NCBI GenBank assembly: GCA_949284545.1
Contig: CASDVX010000071.1
Location: forward strand, 8,845-72,844
Reading direction: 5' to 3'
Length of the DNA stretch: 64,000 bases
DNA from: an uncultured Eubacteriales bacterium
GTDB taxonomy: Bacteria > Bacillota > Clostridia > Oscillospirales > CAJFTT01
The notes below the pieces were generated by a model, which was not told the origin of the DNA, made no database searches, and saw only the letters and a program-made list of their open reading frames with translations. Below, piece by piece: positions 19,803 through 30,981 of this stretch (position 1 is its first letter; each line of letters begins with the position of its first letter). The position numbers and the translations under genes were made by a program.

Positions 19803-21785
19803 ATGGGGAAAAAGATGAAGAATTCGTTTAAATTAGTCTCAGAATTTAAGCCTACCGGAGACCAGCCGCAGGCTATAGCAAGGCTTGTGGAAGGTATAGA
19901 AAACGGGACAAAAGAACAGACCTTGCTCGGCGTTACAGGCTCCGGGAAAACGTTCACCATGGCTAACGTTATAGCTCAGGTAAACAAACCGACGCTTGTT
20001 CTCGCTCACAATAAAACCCTTGCGGCGCAGCTTTGCAGTGAATTTAGGGAGTTTTTCCCGGAAAATGCGGTAGAATATTTTGTATCATACTACGATTACT
20101 ACCAGCCGGAGGCGTATATCCCGCAGCGAGACCTATATATTGAAAAGGATTCGGCCATAAACGGCGAAATAGAGAAGCTCAGGCATTCAGCCACGGCGTC
20201 ACTGTCCGAGAGACGGGACGTAATTATTGTAGCGTCGGTGTCCTGTATTTATTCTCTTGGCGACCCGATTGATTATCGCAATATGGTAATAAGCCTTCGC
20301 CAGGGTATGGTTATGGAGCGTGATACGCTTCTGGAGAAGCTTGTGTCACTTCAATACGAGAGAAACGATGTCAACTTTACCCGGAACAAGTTTCGAGTTA
20401 AGGGTGATACCGTTGATATATTTCCGGCATATTCGGACGATACGGTGATACGGGTTGAATTTTTTGGCGATGAAATAGACCGTTTGTGCGAGATCAAGTA
20501 TTTAACGGGAGAGGTTTTGGCCCGGGACAGGCACATAGCCATATATCCCGCGTCCCATTTTATAGTGCCGGAAGAAAAAATGAGCAAGGCAATTGACGAT
20601 ATTTTTGCGGAAATGGCGGAACGCGTGGCTTTTTTCAGAGATAACGGAAAGCTTCTTGAAGCGCAGAGGATAGAGCAGCGCACCAAGTATGATATTGAAA
20701 TGTTGCAGGAAGTAGGTTTTTGCAAGGGAATTGAAAACTATTCAAGAGTTTTGTCCGGACGGGCTCCGGGAAGCGCACCGTTCACGTTGATAGATTATTT
20801 CCCGAAAGATTTCCTGCTTTTCATAGACGAAAGCCATGTGACAATACCTCAGGTGCGCGGCATGTTTGCCGGGGACAGGGGAAGAAAGCAGAATTTGGTG
20901 GATTTCGGGTTCAGGCTTCCGTCTGCCTACGACAACAGGCCGCTGAATTTCGCAGAGTTTGAGAAGAAGATAAATCAGGTGATCTATGTAAGCGCAACGC
21001 CGGGTCCGTACGAGCGCGAACATGCCGGGATTACCGCCGAGCAGCTTATACGCCCGACGGGCCTGCTTGATCCGGAGATATCCGTTCGTCCGTCAGAAGG
21101 GCAAATCGAAGATATTGTTTCCGAGATCAATGCCTGTACTGATTCGGGAGAACGTACGCTCATTACGACTCTTACTAAGAAAATGGCCGAAGATCTCACG
21201 GAGTATTTAAAAAATGTGGGTATAAAATGCCGCTATATGCACCATGACATAGATACGATTGAGCGCATGGAAATAATAAGGGATCTGCGCATGGGAGAAT
21301 TTGATGTGCTTGTGGGTATAAATCTTTTGCGTGAAGGGTTAGACATACCCGAAGTTTCGCTCATAGTGATACTTGATGCAGACAAGGAAGGCTTCTTGAG
21401 AAGCGAAACGTCACTTATACAAACTATAGGCAGGGCTGCGCGTAACGCCAACGGCAGGGTTATAATGTACGCAGACAGCGTGACCGACTCCATGGAGCGC
21501 GCCATCAGCGAAACGCAGCGCCGCCGTGAAATACAGATGAAATACAACATCGAACACGGCATAGTACCCAAGACTATAAAGAAGGATGTCAGGGATATTC
21601 TTGATATTACGATGAAGGAAGATGACATAGAAGCCAAAGTAAAAAGCACAAAACACATGACTGCAAATGAAAGGAACCGGCTGATAGCAGAACTGACAAA
21701 GCAAATGACAGCGGCGTCTAAAATGCTGGAATTTGAGCATGCCGCGTACCTGCGCGATAGGATAAAGGAACTTCGCGGGGAATGA
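19803..21785 (+). CDS. uvrB: Excinuclease ABC subunit B
   Basis: GVTGSGKTF Walker A, helicase motifs and a C-terminal UVR domain ([16 protein letters not shown]). The start may instead be the ATG at 19815. Confidence 0.97.
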   Translation: MGKKMKNSFKLVSEFKPTGDQPQAIARLVEGIENGTKEQTLLGVTGSGKTFTMANVIAQVNKPTLVLAHNKTLAAQLCSEFREFFPENAVEYFVSYYDYYQPEAYIPQRDLYIEKDSAINGEIEKLRHSATASLSERRDVIIVASVSCIYSLGDPIDYRNMVISLRQGMVMERDTLLEKLVSLQYERNDVNFTRNKFRVKGDTVDIFPAYSDDTVIRVEFFGDEIDRLCEIKYLTGEVLARDRHIAIYPASHFIVPEEKMSKAIDDIFAEMAERVAFFRDNGKLLEAQRIEQRTKYDIEMLQEVGFCKGIENYSRVLSGRAPGSAPFTLIDYFPKDFLLFIDESHVTIPQVRGMFAGDRGRKQNLVDFGFRLPSAYDNRPLNFAEFEKKINQVIYVSATPGPYEREHAGITAEQLIRPTGLLDPEISVRPSEGQIEDIVSEINACTDSGERTLITTLTKKMAEDLTEYLKNVGIKCRYMHHDIDTIERMEIIRDLRMGEFDVLVGINLLREGLDIPEVSLIVILDADKEGFLRSETSLIQTIGRAARNANGRVIMYADSVTDSMERAISETQRRREIQMKYNIEHGIVPKTIKKDVRDILDITMKEDDIEAKVKSTKHMTANERNRLIAELTKQMTAASKMLEFEHAAYLRDRIKELRGE

Positions 21786-21862
21786 TGCAGACAGACGGCG
21801 TGCTTTTGTTCTGACACTTCAAACACAGCTGATAATACCTGTTAAACACGGAAGGAACAAAA

Positions 21863-24727
21863 ATGAGACAGAATAAAATAATTATACGTGGGGCCCGTGA
21901 ACACAATTTAAAAGGCATAAATGTGGATATTCCGCGTGACAAGCTTGTGGTCTTTACAGGGCTTTCGGGGTCCGGGAAATCCTCTCTTGCATTTGACACT
22001 ATATTTGCCGACGGGCAGCGTCGATATATGGAAAGCCTCTCATCGTACGCGAGGCAGTTTCTCGGACAAATGGAAAAGCCCGACGTGGATCTAATCGAGG
22101 GGCTCTCTCCGGCAATATCGATAGATCAGAAAACAACGTCGAAGAACCCCCGTTCCACGGTTGGGACGGTGACGGAAATAAATGACTACCTGCGCCTGCT
22201 TTTCGCACGTGTAGGCACGCCGCACTGCCCCGTCTGCGGCCGCGAAATAACAAAGCAAACCGTGGATCAGATGGTGGATCGTGTCTGCGAACTTCCGGAA
22301 GGCACCAGGATACAGATACTGTCGCCGGTTGTCAGGGCGAGAAAGGGAGAGCACGCAAAAGTACTTGAAAGCGCTGTAAGAAGCGGTTTTGTGCGCGTGC
22401 GTGCAGACGGCATAACATACGACCTCTCGGAAAAAATTGAGCTCGAGAAAAATGTGAAACACAACATTGAAATCATTGTGGACCGGCTGGCGGTAAAACC
22501 CGGAATAGAGAGCAGGCTGGCGGATTCACTTGAGACGGCTCTGGATATGGCAAAGGGGCTTGCTATCGTTGACGTAGTTGACGGCGAAGAAATAGTATTT
22601 TCTCAGAACCTCGCGTGTCCGGATCACGGATTCAGTCTCCCTGAGATCACGCCCAGGCTTTTTTCGTTCAACAATCCTGCCGGAGCGTGTCCGAAATGTG
22701 CCGGTCTCGGTATTTTCATGAAAGTAGATCCCAACCTTGTGCTCACTAACCGCAATATTTCCATAATGGATGGTGCCATAAGAGCCAGCGGATGGAATGC
22801 GCTCGACGAAGGTACCGTTGCGAAGATGTATTATGACGGCATCGCGTCAAAGTACGGCATATCGCTTAATACCCCGGTACGCAATCTGCCGGACGAGGTC
22901 GTAGACGTTTTCCTTTACGGAACCAAAGGCGAGAAGATAGAGTGCCGTCGTCCGTACGGAAACGGCACATACATGACTGAGTTTGAGGGAATAATCAATA
23001 ATCTCGAACGCAGATACAGGGAAACCACAAGCGAGTGGTCGCGATTCGATATACAACAGTATATGTGCGAGGAAACCTGTCCCGAATGCATGGGCGCAAG
23101 ACTGAAACCGGAAGTGTTGGCGGTGACGGTTTCGGGTAAAAGTATAGACGACGTGTGCAGGATGACCGTGGCGGAATTGACGGATTTTTTCGGTTCAATA
23201 GAGCTTACGGAAAAGAATTACGCCATAGCCAAGGACATCATAAAGGAAATCAAATCAAGACTGTCTTTCCTGATAGACGTGGGGCTTGACTATCTGACTT
23301 TGTCTCGCGCCGCTTCCACGCTTTCGGGAGGAGAGAGCCAGAGGATAAGATTGGCTACGCAGATAGGTTCTTCGCTCATGGGGGTAATATATATTTTGGA
23401 CGAGCCCAGTATCGGGCTGCACCAACGCGACAACGACAAGCTGCTTGACACGCTGCGGAGGCTGAGAGACCTGGGAAATTCACTCATCGTTGTAGAACAC
23501 GACGAGGACACCCTGTTTGCGGCGGATTACATTGTAGATATCGGACCGGGGGCGGGGATACACGGAGGAGAAGTAGTTTGCACGGGAACGCCCGAAGATA
23601 TAATGAACTGCAAGGAGTCAATAACCGGTCAGTACATGAGCGGCGAAAAAATGCTGCCGACACCCAAAACCCGCAGAAAAGGTAATGGTAATATGCTTAA
23701 GGTGATGGGAGTAGAGGAAAATAACCTGCGTGGCTTTGACGTCAATATACCTCTCGGTACATTTACCTGTGTGACAGGTGTGTCGGGTTCCGGCAAATCC
23801 TCACTTGTCAATAATATCATACAGAAGAAACTGTCATGTGAACTTAACGGATCCAGGCAGAAGGTGGGAAAACACAGGGCTTTTGAGGGTATTGAACATC
23901 TGGACAAAGTTATAAGCATAGACCAATCCCCCATAGGGCGTACGCCGCGATCAAACCCGGCGACATATACCGGCGTGTTCAACGACATCAGGACGTTGTT
24001 CTCACAGCTGCCTGAGTCAAAGGCGAGAGGGTATAATTCAGGCAGGTTTTCATTTAACGTCAAGGGCGGAAGGTGCGAAGCCTGTCAAGGGGACGGAATA
24101 CTCAAAATCGAGATGCATTTTCTTGCGGATGTTTATGTTCCGTGCGAGGTCTGCGGAGGCAAGAGGTATAATCGCGAAACGCTTGAGGTGAAATACAAGG
24201 GAAAAAATATTTACGATGTTCTGAATATGACGTGCGAAGAAGCGATGACGTTTTTTGAAAGTCAGCCTAAAATTGCGGGGAGACTTTCAACACTCTGCGA
24301 CGTCGGCCTGAGCTATGTAAAGCTGGGACAGCCGGCAACGACCCTGTCCGGCGGAGAAGCCCAGAGAGTGAAGCTTGCCACCGAACTGTCAAAAAGGTCA
24401 ACCGGGAAGACATTTTACGTCCTCGATGAACCTACTACGGGCCTTCATGCAGCTGATGTGCATAAGCTGGTGGATCAGCTCCAGAAGCTTGTGGACTCCG
24501 GAAATACGGTTCTTGTTATAGAACACAACCTTGATGTGATAAAAACAGCTGATTATATCATAGATTTAGGCCCGGAAGGCGGGAGCCGCGGAGGTCAACT
24601 TGTTGCCAGCGGTACGCCGGAAGAGGTCATGGAGTGTGAAGAATCTTACACGGGCAAATATCTCAAGCTTCATGCGCTGCGCGAGCAGGAGAAATTACAA
24701 AAAATTAAACATTCGTTGTCTGTTTAA
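21863..24727 (+). CDS. uvrA: Excinuclease ABC subunit A
   Basis: 954 aa with two ABC modules ([22 protein letters not shown]), LSGGE signatures and zinc-finger Cys clusters. Confidence 0.98.
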   Translation: MRQNKIIIRGAREHNLKGINVDIPRDKLVVFTGLSGSGKSSLAFDTIFADGQRRYMESLSSYARQFLGQMEKPDVDLIEGLSPAISIDQKTTSKNPRSTVGTVTEINDYLRLLFARVGTPHCPVCGREITKQTVDQMVDRVCELPEGTRIQILSPVVRARKGEHAKVLESAVRSGFVRVRADGITYDLSEKIELEKNVKHNIEIIVDRLAVKPGIESRLADSLETALDMAKGLAIVDVVDGEEIVFSQNLACPDHGFSLPEITPRLFSFNNPAGACPKCAGLGIFMKVDPNLVLTNRNISIMDGAIRASGWNALDEGTVAKMYYDGIASKYGISLNTPVRNLPDEVVDVFLYGTKGEKIECRRPYGNGTYMTEFEGIINNLERRYRETTSEWSRFDIQQYMCEETCPECMGARLKPEVLAVTVSGKSIDDVCRMTVAELTDFFGSIELTEKNYAIAKDIIKEIKSRLSFLIDVGLDYLTLSRAASTLSGGESQRIRLATQIGSSLMGVIYILDEPSIGLHQRDNDKLLDTLRRLRDLGNSLIVVEHDEDTLFAADYIVDIGPGAGIHGGEVVCTGTPEDIMNCKESITGQYMSGEKMLPTPKTRRKGNGNMLKVMGVEENNLRGFDVNIPLGTFTCVTGVSGSGKSSLVNNIIQKKLSCELNGSRQKVGKHRAFEGIEHLDKVISIDQSPIGRTPRSNPATYTGVFNDIRTLFSQLPESKARGYNSGRFSFNVKGGRCEACQGDGILKIEMHFLADVYVPCEVCGGKRYNRETLEVKYKGKNIYDVLNMTCEEAMTFFESQPKIAGRLSTLCDVGLSYVKLGQPATTLSGGEAQRVKLATELSKRSTGKTFYVLDEPTTGLHAADVHKLVDQLQKLVDSGNTVLVIEHNLDVIKTADYIIDLGPEGGSRGGQLVASGTPEEVMECEESYTGKYLKLHALREQEKLQKIKHSLSV

Positions 24728-24736
24728 ACGCCTGTA

Positions 24737-24766
24737 TTGACACGGTACGGTAAGTTGTAATATACT
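24737..24766 (+). promoter_or_regulatory. Sigma-A type promoter of the operon encoding the DUF5685-like, J-domain and membrane proteins
   Basis: TTGACA (24737-24742), a 17-18 nt spacer and TATACT (24761-24766), directly after the uvrA stop. Confidence 0.6.
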
Positions 24767-24788
24767 CAGCATCATTGGGGGCGTGCAG

Positions 24789-25667
24789 GTGTTTGGATAT
24801 GTCAAACCAAACAAGCAGGAGTTGCTTGTCAAGGACTATGAAACGTACAGGGCAGTATATTGCGGGCTGTGCAAGACCCTCGGGAAACGATACTCCGTTT
24901 TTTCCCGGTTTGCCTTGAATTATGACTACACGTTTCTGGCGGTAGTCGTCATGTCTGTATCTGATGAAGTACCCGTTTTCGCGAATGAAGGGTGTTTGTT
25001 TAATCCGCTTTCACGCAAACGGTGCTGCAAACGTTGCGTTTCCCTGGATCACGCAGCCGATGCGCTTATACTTACTACGTACTTTAAGCTGTCGGATGCA
25101 GTAAGGGACAGCGGCTTTTTTAAATCGCTTGCCTACAGGTTCGTGCGTGGACTCTGCAAACCGATGATGCGTAAGGCCAAAAAACATTGCCCTGAGGTAT
25201 ATGAGCTCTTAGAAGAGTATGTTTCGGCTCAGGGTGACGTGGAGGAGCGCGAATCCGTTTCCCTTGATGCGGCTGCCGAACCGACCGCGAAATTTATGTC
25301 TGAGCTTCTGTCCTTTAAAGCGACTGCGGACGATGAGCGGCGTGTCACGTCGGTATTAGGGTACAATATCGGGAAGTGGATATATATCCTTGACGCTGTG
25401 GACGATTTTGAGAAGGACAGAAAAAACGGGTCCTTTAATCCGCTGATGCAGACATATAAATTTTCTGAAAACGGCGGCGAGGACATGAGCATGATGATTT
25501 CAGAAACGGGAAAGGTTCTTGATGCCTGTGTCCTTGAGGCCGCAAAAGCTGTTGACCTGTTGGATTCTCACAAATTTGAGATGATAATTAAAAATGTTGT
25601 ATATGTCGGCATGCCTGCCGAGCAGGCAAGAGTTTTTTCAAAGCTTAAAGCGAAAGAAGGAATTTGA
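24789..25667 (+). CDS. DUF5685-like Cys-rich protein
   Basis: The N-terminus (M)[35 protein letters not shown] matches my recollection of the DUF5685 family. A further CxnCCxxC cluster is present. GTG start at 24789 (or 24783), 8 nt after a G-rich RBS. Confidence 0.65.
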   Translation: MFGYVKPNKQELLVKDYETYRAVYCGLCKTLGKRYSVFSRFALNYDYTFLAVVVMSVSDEVPVFANEGCLFNPLSRKRCCKRCVSLDHAADALILTTYFKLSDAVRDSGFFKSLAYRFVRGLCKPMMRKAKKHCPEVYELLEEYVSAQGDVEERESVSLDAAAEPTAKFMSELLSFKATADDERRVTSVLGYNIGKWIYILDAVDDFEKDRKNGSFNPLMQTYKFSENGGEDMSMMISETGKVLDACVLEAAKAVDLLDSHKFEMIIKNVVYVGMPAEQARVFSKLKAKEGI

Positions 25668-25669
25668 TT

Positions 25670-26290
25670 ATGGATCCATATGAGGTTCTCGGCGTTTCGC
25701 CAAACGCTACTGAGGCTGAAATAAAGGAAGCGTATAAGAAGCTGGCCAAAAAATACCATCCGGATAACTACGCCGATAACCCGTTGTCAGATCTTGCGCT
25801 GGAGAAGATGAAGGAAATTAATACCGCTTACGATGAGGCGATGAAAAGGCTTAAGAACAAGGGCTATTCCGGTAACGGCAGCGGAAGTTACGGCGGAAGC
25901 CCGGCTTTTACGCAGATCCGTATAGATATCAACGCCGGAAGGCTCGATCGGGCGGATACAGCGCTCAACGGTATGCCCGACTCGGAACGTAACGCCGAAT
26001 GGCATTTTTTGAAGGGAAGTATTTTATACAAGCGCGGATGGTATTCGGAAGCTTTTCGTTTTTTTGCACAGGCCGTGAATATGGATCCGGGCAATGCCGA
26101 ATATCGTGCGGCATACCAAAATGCCCAGCGCAGCAATAATGCAGCCAGAGGCTACAACCCATACGGCAACGTGTATTCTGCGGGGCCCAGGAGCGGCAAT
26201 GGCTGTTCAGCATGTGAGGTTTGTCAGACGCTTTGGTGCGCTGACGTATGCTGCGAATGCATGGGCGGCGACCTGATACGCTGTTGCTGA
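25670..26290 (+). CDS. J-domain protein with a TPR-like region and a C-terminal cysteine string
   Basis: J domain ([31 protein letters not shown]), a Gly-rich linker, a TPR-like segment, and a tail with 9 Cys in the last 28 residues ([28 protein letters not shown]). Confidence 0.85.
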   Translation: MDPYEVLGVSPNATEAEIKEAYKKLAKKYHPDNYADNPLSDLALEKMKEINTAYDEAMKRLKNKGYSGNGSGSYGGSPAFTQIRIDINAGRLDRADTALNGMPDSERNAEWHFLKGSILYKRGWYSEAFRFFAQAVNMDPGNAEYRAAYQNAQRSNNAARGYNPYGNVYSAGPRSGNGCSACEVCQTLWCADVCCECMGGDLIRCC

Positions 26291-26291
26291 T

Positions 26292-26849
26292 ATGAACAGG
26301 AACAGAGAGTTGAACCAAAAAACAGTTCGTGTTGCGGTCGGCGGTGTTTGTTGTGCTCTTACAGTGGTATTGTTGATGCTGAACAACCTGCTGCCGTCGG
26401 CCACTGTAGCGCTTACCGCTTGTGCGGCAGTCGTGGTGTTTTTTATATCCGTTGAATACGGGATAACACTTGCAGCCGCGGTATACGTGGCTTCGTCGAT
26501 TATCTGCGTGTTTGCCGTTGCGTCAAACCCAAATGTTTTTTGGTTATATACTGCGGTTTTCGGCCTTTATTCAGTGTTAAAAAAAGCCATGGACAATATA
26601 AAAAAACGCGTGATCACGGTTGTATTAAAGACACTGTATGCCGTTGCTTCGGCGTCAGTGTACATCGGAGCACTGCTCTTCATTATAGGTGTGGAGCAAC
26701 CGCTCGAATTTGCGCGTGATAATATTTGGGTTGTGCCTCTGTGCACCGTCGCGTATCTCGCGTTGTTTTTCATATACGACAGTTGCCTTTCAAGACTCGC
26801 GGGATTATATTTTTCCTCCCTGCGCAATCGTATTTTCAGAGGTCATTAA
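26292..26849 (+). CDS. Polytopic membrane protein of unknown function
   Basis: 185 aa with ~5 TM helices. Its ATG lies 1 nt after the stop of the J-domain gene. Confidence 0.6.
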   Translation: MNRNRELNQKTVRVAVGGVCCALTVVLLMLNNLLPSATVALTACAAVVVFFISVEYGITLAAAVYVASSIICVFAVASNPNVFWLYTAVFGLYSVLKKAMDNIKKRVITVVLKTLYAVASASVYIGALLFIIGVEQPLEFARDNIWVVPLCTVAYLALFFIYDSCLSRLAGLYFSSLRNRIFRGH

Positions 26850-26888
26850 CTCAGGCGCGAATTTTTGCGGAAACCTCTGACCATAAAT

Positions 26889-26928
26889 AAAAATCTCATT
26901 GCAAATTGTGCATTGCAATGAGATTTTT
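26889..26928. terminator. Bidirectional terminator between the membrane-protein gene and comEA
   Basis: Perfect 16-bp stem AAAAATCTCATTGCAA / TTGCAATGAGATTTTT with an 8-nt loop. The A-run and T-run arms serve both strands. Confidence 0.85.
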
Positions 26929-26959
26929 GTCAGGTGAAAGGTAAAAGAGTTCAGACGGA

Positions 26960-27334
26960 CTATTCGACGCATATGAGATCGGCTATATCGCTGAAAATCC
27001 CTTCGCCGATACCGTCCACGTTCATTATCTCTTCAACGGTTATGAATCCTCCGTTTCTTTCACGGTATTCAATTATTGCTTGTGCGCGAGTGGGACCGAT
27101 ATTCGGGAGAGTATCAAGAAGTTCTGCGTCAGCCGTGTTTATGTTGATCTTGTCGTTTGTGCCGGACGGCGCCGCAATTTCTTCAGAAGACGTTTTGTCA
27201 TTGACAGCATCGGATTGCGTTTCCGCAAGCGAATCTTCAAAATGCAGTGTCGGAACCGATGAGGCGTTTACCGAAACTATCACTGCGCAGAATATGACAG
27301 TGACCAAGATAAATGCAACTTTCCTCATTTCCAT
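26960..27334 (-). CDS. comEA: ComEA family DNA-binding protein (helix-hairpin-helix)
   Basis: N-terminal TM and C-terminal HhH motifs ([48 protein letters not shown]). The ATG at 27334 is preferred over the longer ORF. Confidence 0.85.
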   Translation of the reverse strand: MEMRKVAFILVTVIFCAVIVSVNASSVPTLHFEDSLAETQSDAVNDKTSSEEIAAPSGTNDKININTADAELLDTLPNIGPTRAQAIIEYRERNGGFITVEEIMNVDGIGEGIFSDIADLICVE

Positions 27335-27480
27335 CCAATTCACCCCATGATGCGCTGTTTCCGACATAACGTTTCCGACAGTATAAACGTTTTTAGCCTG
27401 TAATGCAATAATATAATTTTCACCTTGCATTTTTTACGTATATGCTATAAAATACGTACCGTGAAGGGAGAGGAACGGAT

Positions 27481-28362
27481 ATGGAGCGTGACCTGCTTAC
27501 TCTTATTGAGGAGCGTATGCCCGAATTTTCCAAAGGACAAAGAGCCATTGCCTCATTTATATTGTCCCATTATGATAAAGCAGCCTTCATGACCGCCTCC
27601 AAGCTCGGCCGTACTGTCGGAATAAGTGAGTCCACTGTGGTGAGATTTGCCTCCGAGATAGGATTCCACGGGTACCCCGAGCTTCAGAAATCTCTTCAGC
27701 AGCTTGTATCAAATAAGCTCACCAGCGTGCAGAGAATTGAAGTAACAAGCGATATGCTTGGTAACGGGGATATACTGGATAAAGTTTTAAATTCGGATAT
27801 AGAAAAGATACGGCATACTGTCGAGGAAGTGTCGCGGGAGGCGTTTGACGGAGCAGTGAATGCGATCCTCAAAGCTGAAAATATTTACGTGGTGGGCGTA
27901 AGGAGTGCTCAGTCGCTGTCTGATTTTCTCACTTTTTATCTCAGCCTTATAACGAACAGTGTAAGGCCCGTGACAGCAAATGGGGAAAGCGAGATATTTG
28001 AGCAGATATTGCGGATAGGTAAGGGAGATGTTTTCATAGCAATCAGCTTTCCCCGGTATTCGCAAAGGACCGTTGCCGCCGCGAATTATGCAAGCGACAG
28101 AGGCGCTCAAATAATAAGCATTACCGATGACCCTCACTCTCCGTTAGCTGAAAAAGCCGACTATTTGCTCACAGCGCGAAGCGATATGACCACGTTTATT
28201 GATTCTCTCGTGGCACCGTTCAGCCTGATAAACGCCCTGATAGTGGCGGTAGGGCTCAGCAGACGGGGAGAGGTACTGGCTACCTTTGAGGAGCTGGAAA
28301 ATATTTGGGAGAAATATCACGTTTACGAGAAACAGGGCGGGGCCGGGGAAAATACTGTATGA
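27481..28362 (+). CDS. MurR/RpiR family transcriptional regulator
   Basis: N-terminal HTH_6 (SKLGRTVGISESTVVRFASEIGFHGYPELQ) and a SIS domain. Confidence 0.85.
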   Translation: MERDLLTLIEERMPEFSKGQRAIASFILSHYDKAAFMTASKLGRTVGISESTVVRFASEIGFHGYPELQKSLQQLVSNKLTSVQRIEVTSDMLGNGDILDKVLNSDIEKIRHTVEEVSREAFDGAVNAILKAENIYVVGVRSAQSLSDFLTFYLSLITNSVRPVTANGESEIFEQILRIGKGDVFIAISFPRYSQRTVAAANYASDRGAQIISITDDPHSPLAEKADYLLTARSDMTTFIDSLVAPFSLINALIVAVGLSRRGEVLATFEELENIWEKYHVYEKQGGAGENTV

Positions 28363-29606
28363 TGTTTGATATAGTTGTGATCGGGGCCGGGCCGGCGGGA
28401 TGTATGGCAGCGATATCAGCGGCTTCATCTGGATGTTCAGTGGCGGTTCTGGAAAGGAACAGCAAGATAGGAAGAAAGCTGATTATCACAGGGAAGGGAA
28501 GATGCAACCTCACCAACAACACCGGAAACGAGGATATCATCTGCCATGTTGTGAGAAACCCGCGTTTTTTGTACAGTTGCGTCAACGCATTTTCTCCCGC
28601 GGATGTTATGTCATTTTTTGAGGGGAAGGGCGTGCGCCTGAAAACCGAAAGGGGAAAGAGGGTTTTTCCTGCTTCGGACAGGTCCGAGGATATTGTAGAC
28701 GCGTTGTACGAAGAAATCAAGAAAAAAACTGAGCTTTTCCTAAACTTTCGAGCGACCTCTGTGACTGTGGACGAAAACGGTGTGTTTTGCATTGAATCTG
28801 CCACAGGGAAGCCGATCAAAGCGTCTAGCGTAATAATAGCTACCGGCGGTATCACTTACCCGTCGACCGGTTCCACGGGAGACGGGTACGCGTTTGCCGA
28901 AAGTTTTGGCCATAACATAGTTTGTCCGTCGCCTTCACTTGTACCGCTCAACTGCGCGGATGAAGACATCATAAGATTGCAGGGATTGACGCTTAAAAAC
29001 GTCTCACTGTCATTGTTTGAAGGAGAACGTTCCGGAGCCGTGTACGGAGACATAGGCGAGTTGCTCTTTACGCACTTTGGTATTTCTGGGCCGCTTGCGC
29101 TGTCGGCATCATGCCATATGACGGTCCGGTCAGCTGATTACTTTGCCGTGGTTGACCTGAAACCCGGACTTGCGGCGGAAGAACTTGACTGCAGAGTGCT
29201 GAGAGATTTTGCCGGAGCAAAAAATAAGAACTTTTCAAACGCGCTTTTTGCCTTGCTGCCCGTAAAGATGATTCCTGTGGTGATCGACAGGAGCGGTATT
29301 CCTCCGGAAACAAAAGTAAACTCAATCAGCAGAGCTCAGCGCATGAGACTTGTTGATACGATAAAAAACTTCAGGCTTTCCGGACTTTCTTTGCGAGGAC
29401 CGGAGGAAGCAGTGGTGACGCGGGGAGGTATAAATGTAAGGGAAATAGATCCCGGAACAATGGAGAGCAAATTGATGCCGGGACTTTATTTTGCCGGTGA
29501 AGTGATTGATTGTGACGCATACACCGGAGGATATAATTTGCAGATTGCATTTTCAACAGGGTTTATGGCCGGCCTGCACGCGGCAAAGAATAAAAGGATA
29601 AAGTAA
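28359..29606 (+). CDS. NAD(P)/FAD-dependent oxidoreductase (HI0933/BaiN-like flavoprotein)
   Basis: DIVVIGAGPAGCMAA Rossmann motif, GKGRCNLTN, and a C-terminal FAGEVIDCDAYTGGYNLQ. ATGA start/stop overlap with the regulator gene. Confidence 0.8.
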   Translation: MMFDIVVIGAGPAGCMAAISAASSGCSVAVLERNSKIGRKLIITGKGRCNLTNNTGNEDIICHVVRNPRFLYSCVNAFSPADVMSFFEGKGVRLKTERGKRVFPASDRSEDIVDALYEEIKKKTELFLNFRATSVTVDENGVFCIESATGKPIKASSVIIATGGITYPSTGSTGDGYAFAESFGHNIVCPSPSLVPLNCADEDIIRLQGLTLKNVSLSLFEGERSGAVYGDIGELLFTHFGISGPLALSASCHMTVRSADYFAVVDLKPGLAAEELDCRVLRDFAGAKNKNFSNALFALLPVKMIPVVIDRSGIPPETKVNSISRAQRMRLVDTIKNFRLSGLSLRGPEEAVVTRGGINVREIDPGTMESKLMPGLYFAGEVIDCDAYTGGYNLQIAFSTGFMAGLHAAKNKRIK

Positions 29607-29663
29607 TCGCATATGGGAAGCTGTTGATATCACGAAAGTTTAAAAGTTTTTAGGGAGTGTTAA

Positions 29664-30335
29664 GTGATGATAATTGCCATTGACGGGCCTTCCGGCGCCG
29701 GGAAAAGTACACTGGCGTCGCAAATTGCGAGCGAGTTTGGATTTCTTCACATAGATACAGGAGCCATGTATCGGGCGGTAGGAATTTATATTGCCGACAG
29801 GTGCATAGACGTAGCCGACGCCGAAAAAGTTGAAGAAGCACTGAAAGGACTCAAAGTGGATATCAGGTTTCTAAACGGGATGCAGCTCATATACCTTAAC
29901 GGGCATGATGTAACAATGCGAATAAGGCAGCCGGAGGTATCGATGCTCGCCTCAAATGTGTCAAAAATTCCCGCTGTCAGGAATTTTCTTGTTGACCAGC
30001 AACGCCTGATGGCCGCAGAAAACAATATCATAATGGATGGTCGCGATATTGGGACTGTCGTTTTCCCGGATGCAGATTTGAAAATATATTTGACTGCCTC
30101 CCCAAAAGACAGGGCGGAAAGAAGATATTTGGAGCAGATTGAAAAAGGTTTTGACGTTAAACTCGAGGAAGTCGTGGCTGACGTACAGCGGCGAGATTCT
30201 CAGGACATGAATCGTTCTGTTGCCCCGTTGAAGCCGGCGGAGGACGCTGTTATAGTAGATACAACCGGTAAAAAATTTGAAGAATCGTTTGCTATTCTCA
30301 CGGAACTTATACGTGAGAAGATGAAATTGCAATAA
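29664..30335 (+). CDS. cmk: Cytidylate kinase
   Basis: IAIDGPSGAGKST P-loop, HIDTGAMYR and DGRDIGTVVFPDA motifs. Confidence 0.95.
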   Translation: MMIIAIDGPSGAGKSTLASQIASEFGFLHIDTGAMYRAVGIYIADRCIDVADAEKVEEALKGLKVDIRFLNGMQLIYLNGHDVTMRIRQPEVSMLASNVSKIPAVRNFLVDQQRLMAAENNIIMDGRDIGTVVFPDADLKIYLTASPKDRAERRYLEQIEKGFDVKLEEVVADVQRRDSQDMNRSVAPLKPAEDAVIVDTTGKKFEESFAILTELIREKMKLQ

Positions 30336-30357
30336 AATTTCGGAACGAGGTACGAGT

Positions 30358-30969
30358 ATGTGGCTTTACACTGTCATGAAAATAATAGGGATTATTCCGT
30401 TTAATCTGGCGTTTCTGTTTCGTGTGAGATATTTGTGCGCGAAGAACATGCCTAAAGAAGGTCCCGTGATAGTTTGCTGCAACCATATTTCAGTTATGGA
30501 CCCGCTTTTTCTCATATGTATGTTCGGGCGAAAGATACGATTTATGGGGAAAGCAGAAGCATTCAAGGGTAAGTTTGCAAATTGGTTTTTAAGGAATTCG
30601 GGCGTCTTTCCCGTGAAGCGCGGGACGGCAGACATTGAAGCCGTAAAAACTTCCATACGCATACTGAAAAGCGGCGGGGTGCTCGGAATATTTCCGGAGG
30701 GACACCGTCAGGTAGACGGTGCAGAACGTGACACGGCAAAAGCCGGTATTGCCATGTTTGCAGCCAAGACAAAGGCTACGGTTTTGCCGGTCGCTATTTC
30801 CGCGAAAAAAGGCAAGGTGTCGTTTTTCAAAAAAGTAGTTGTAAAGTGCGGAGAGCCTATCACATTTGAACAGCTTGGGTTCAGGGAGTTCAACAACGAG
30901 GAATATCAACGCGTAAGCGAACAGATAATGGATAAGATTTACAGCATAAAAAGCGAAATTGATTTTTAA
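30358..30969 (+). CDS. plsC: 1-acyl-sn-glycerol-3-phosphate acyltransferase
   Basis: NHISVMDP (HX4D) and FPEGHR motifs. Confidence 0.85.
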   Translation: MWLYTVMKIIGIIPFNLAFLFRVRYLCAKNMPKEGPVIVCCNHISVMDPLFLICMFGRKIRFMGKAEAFKGKFANWFLRNSGVFPVKRGTADIEAVKTSIRILKSGGVLGIFPEGHRQVDGAERDTAKAGIAMFAAKTKATVLPVAISAKKGKVSFFKKVVVKCGEPITFEQLGFREFNNEEYQRVSEQIMDKIYSIKSEIDF

Positions 30970-30981
30970 GGTTGTGGTCAA

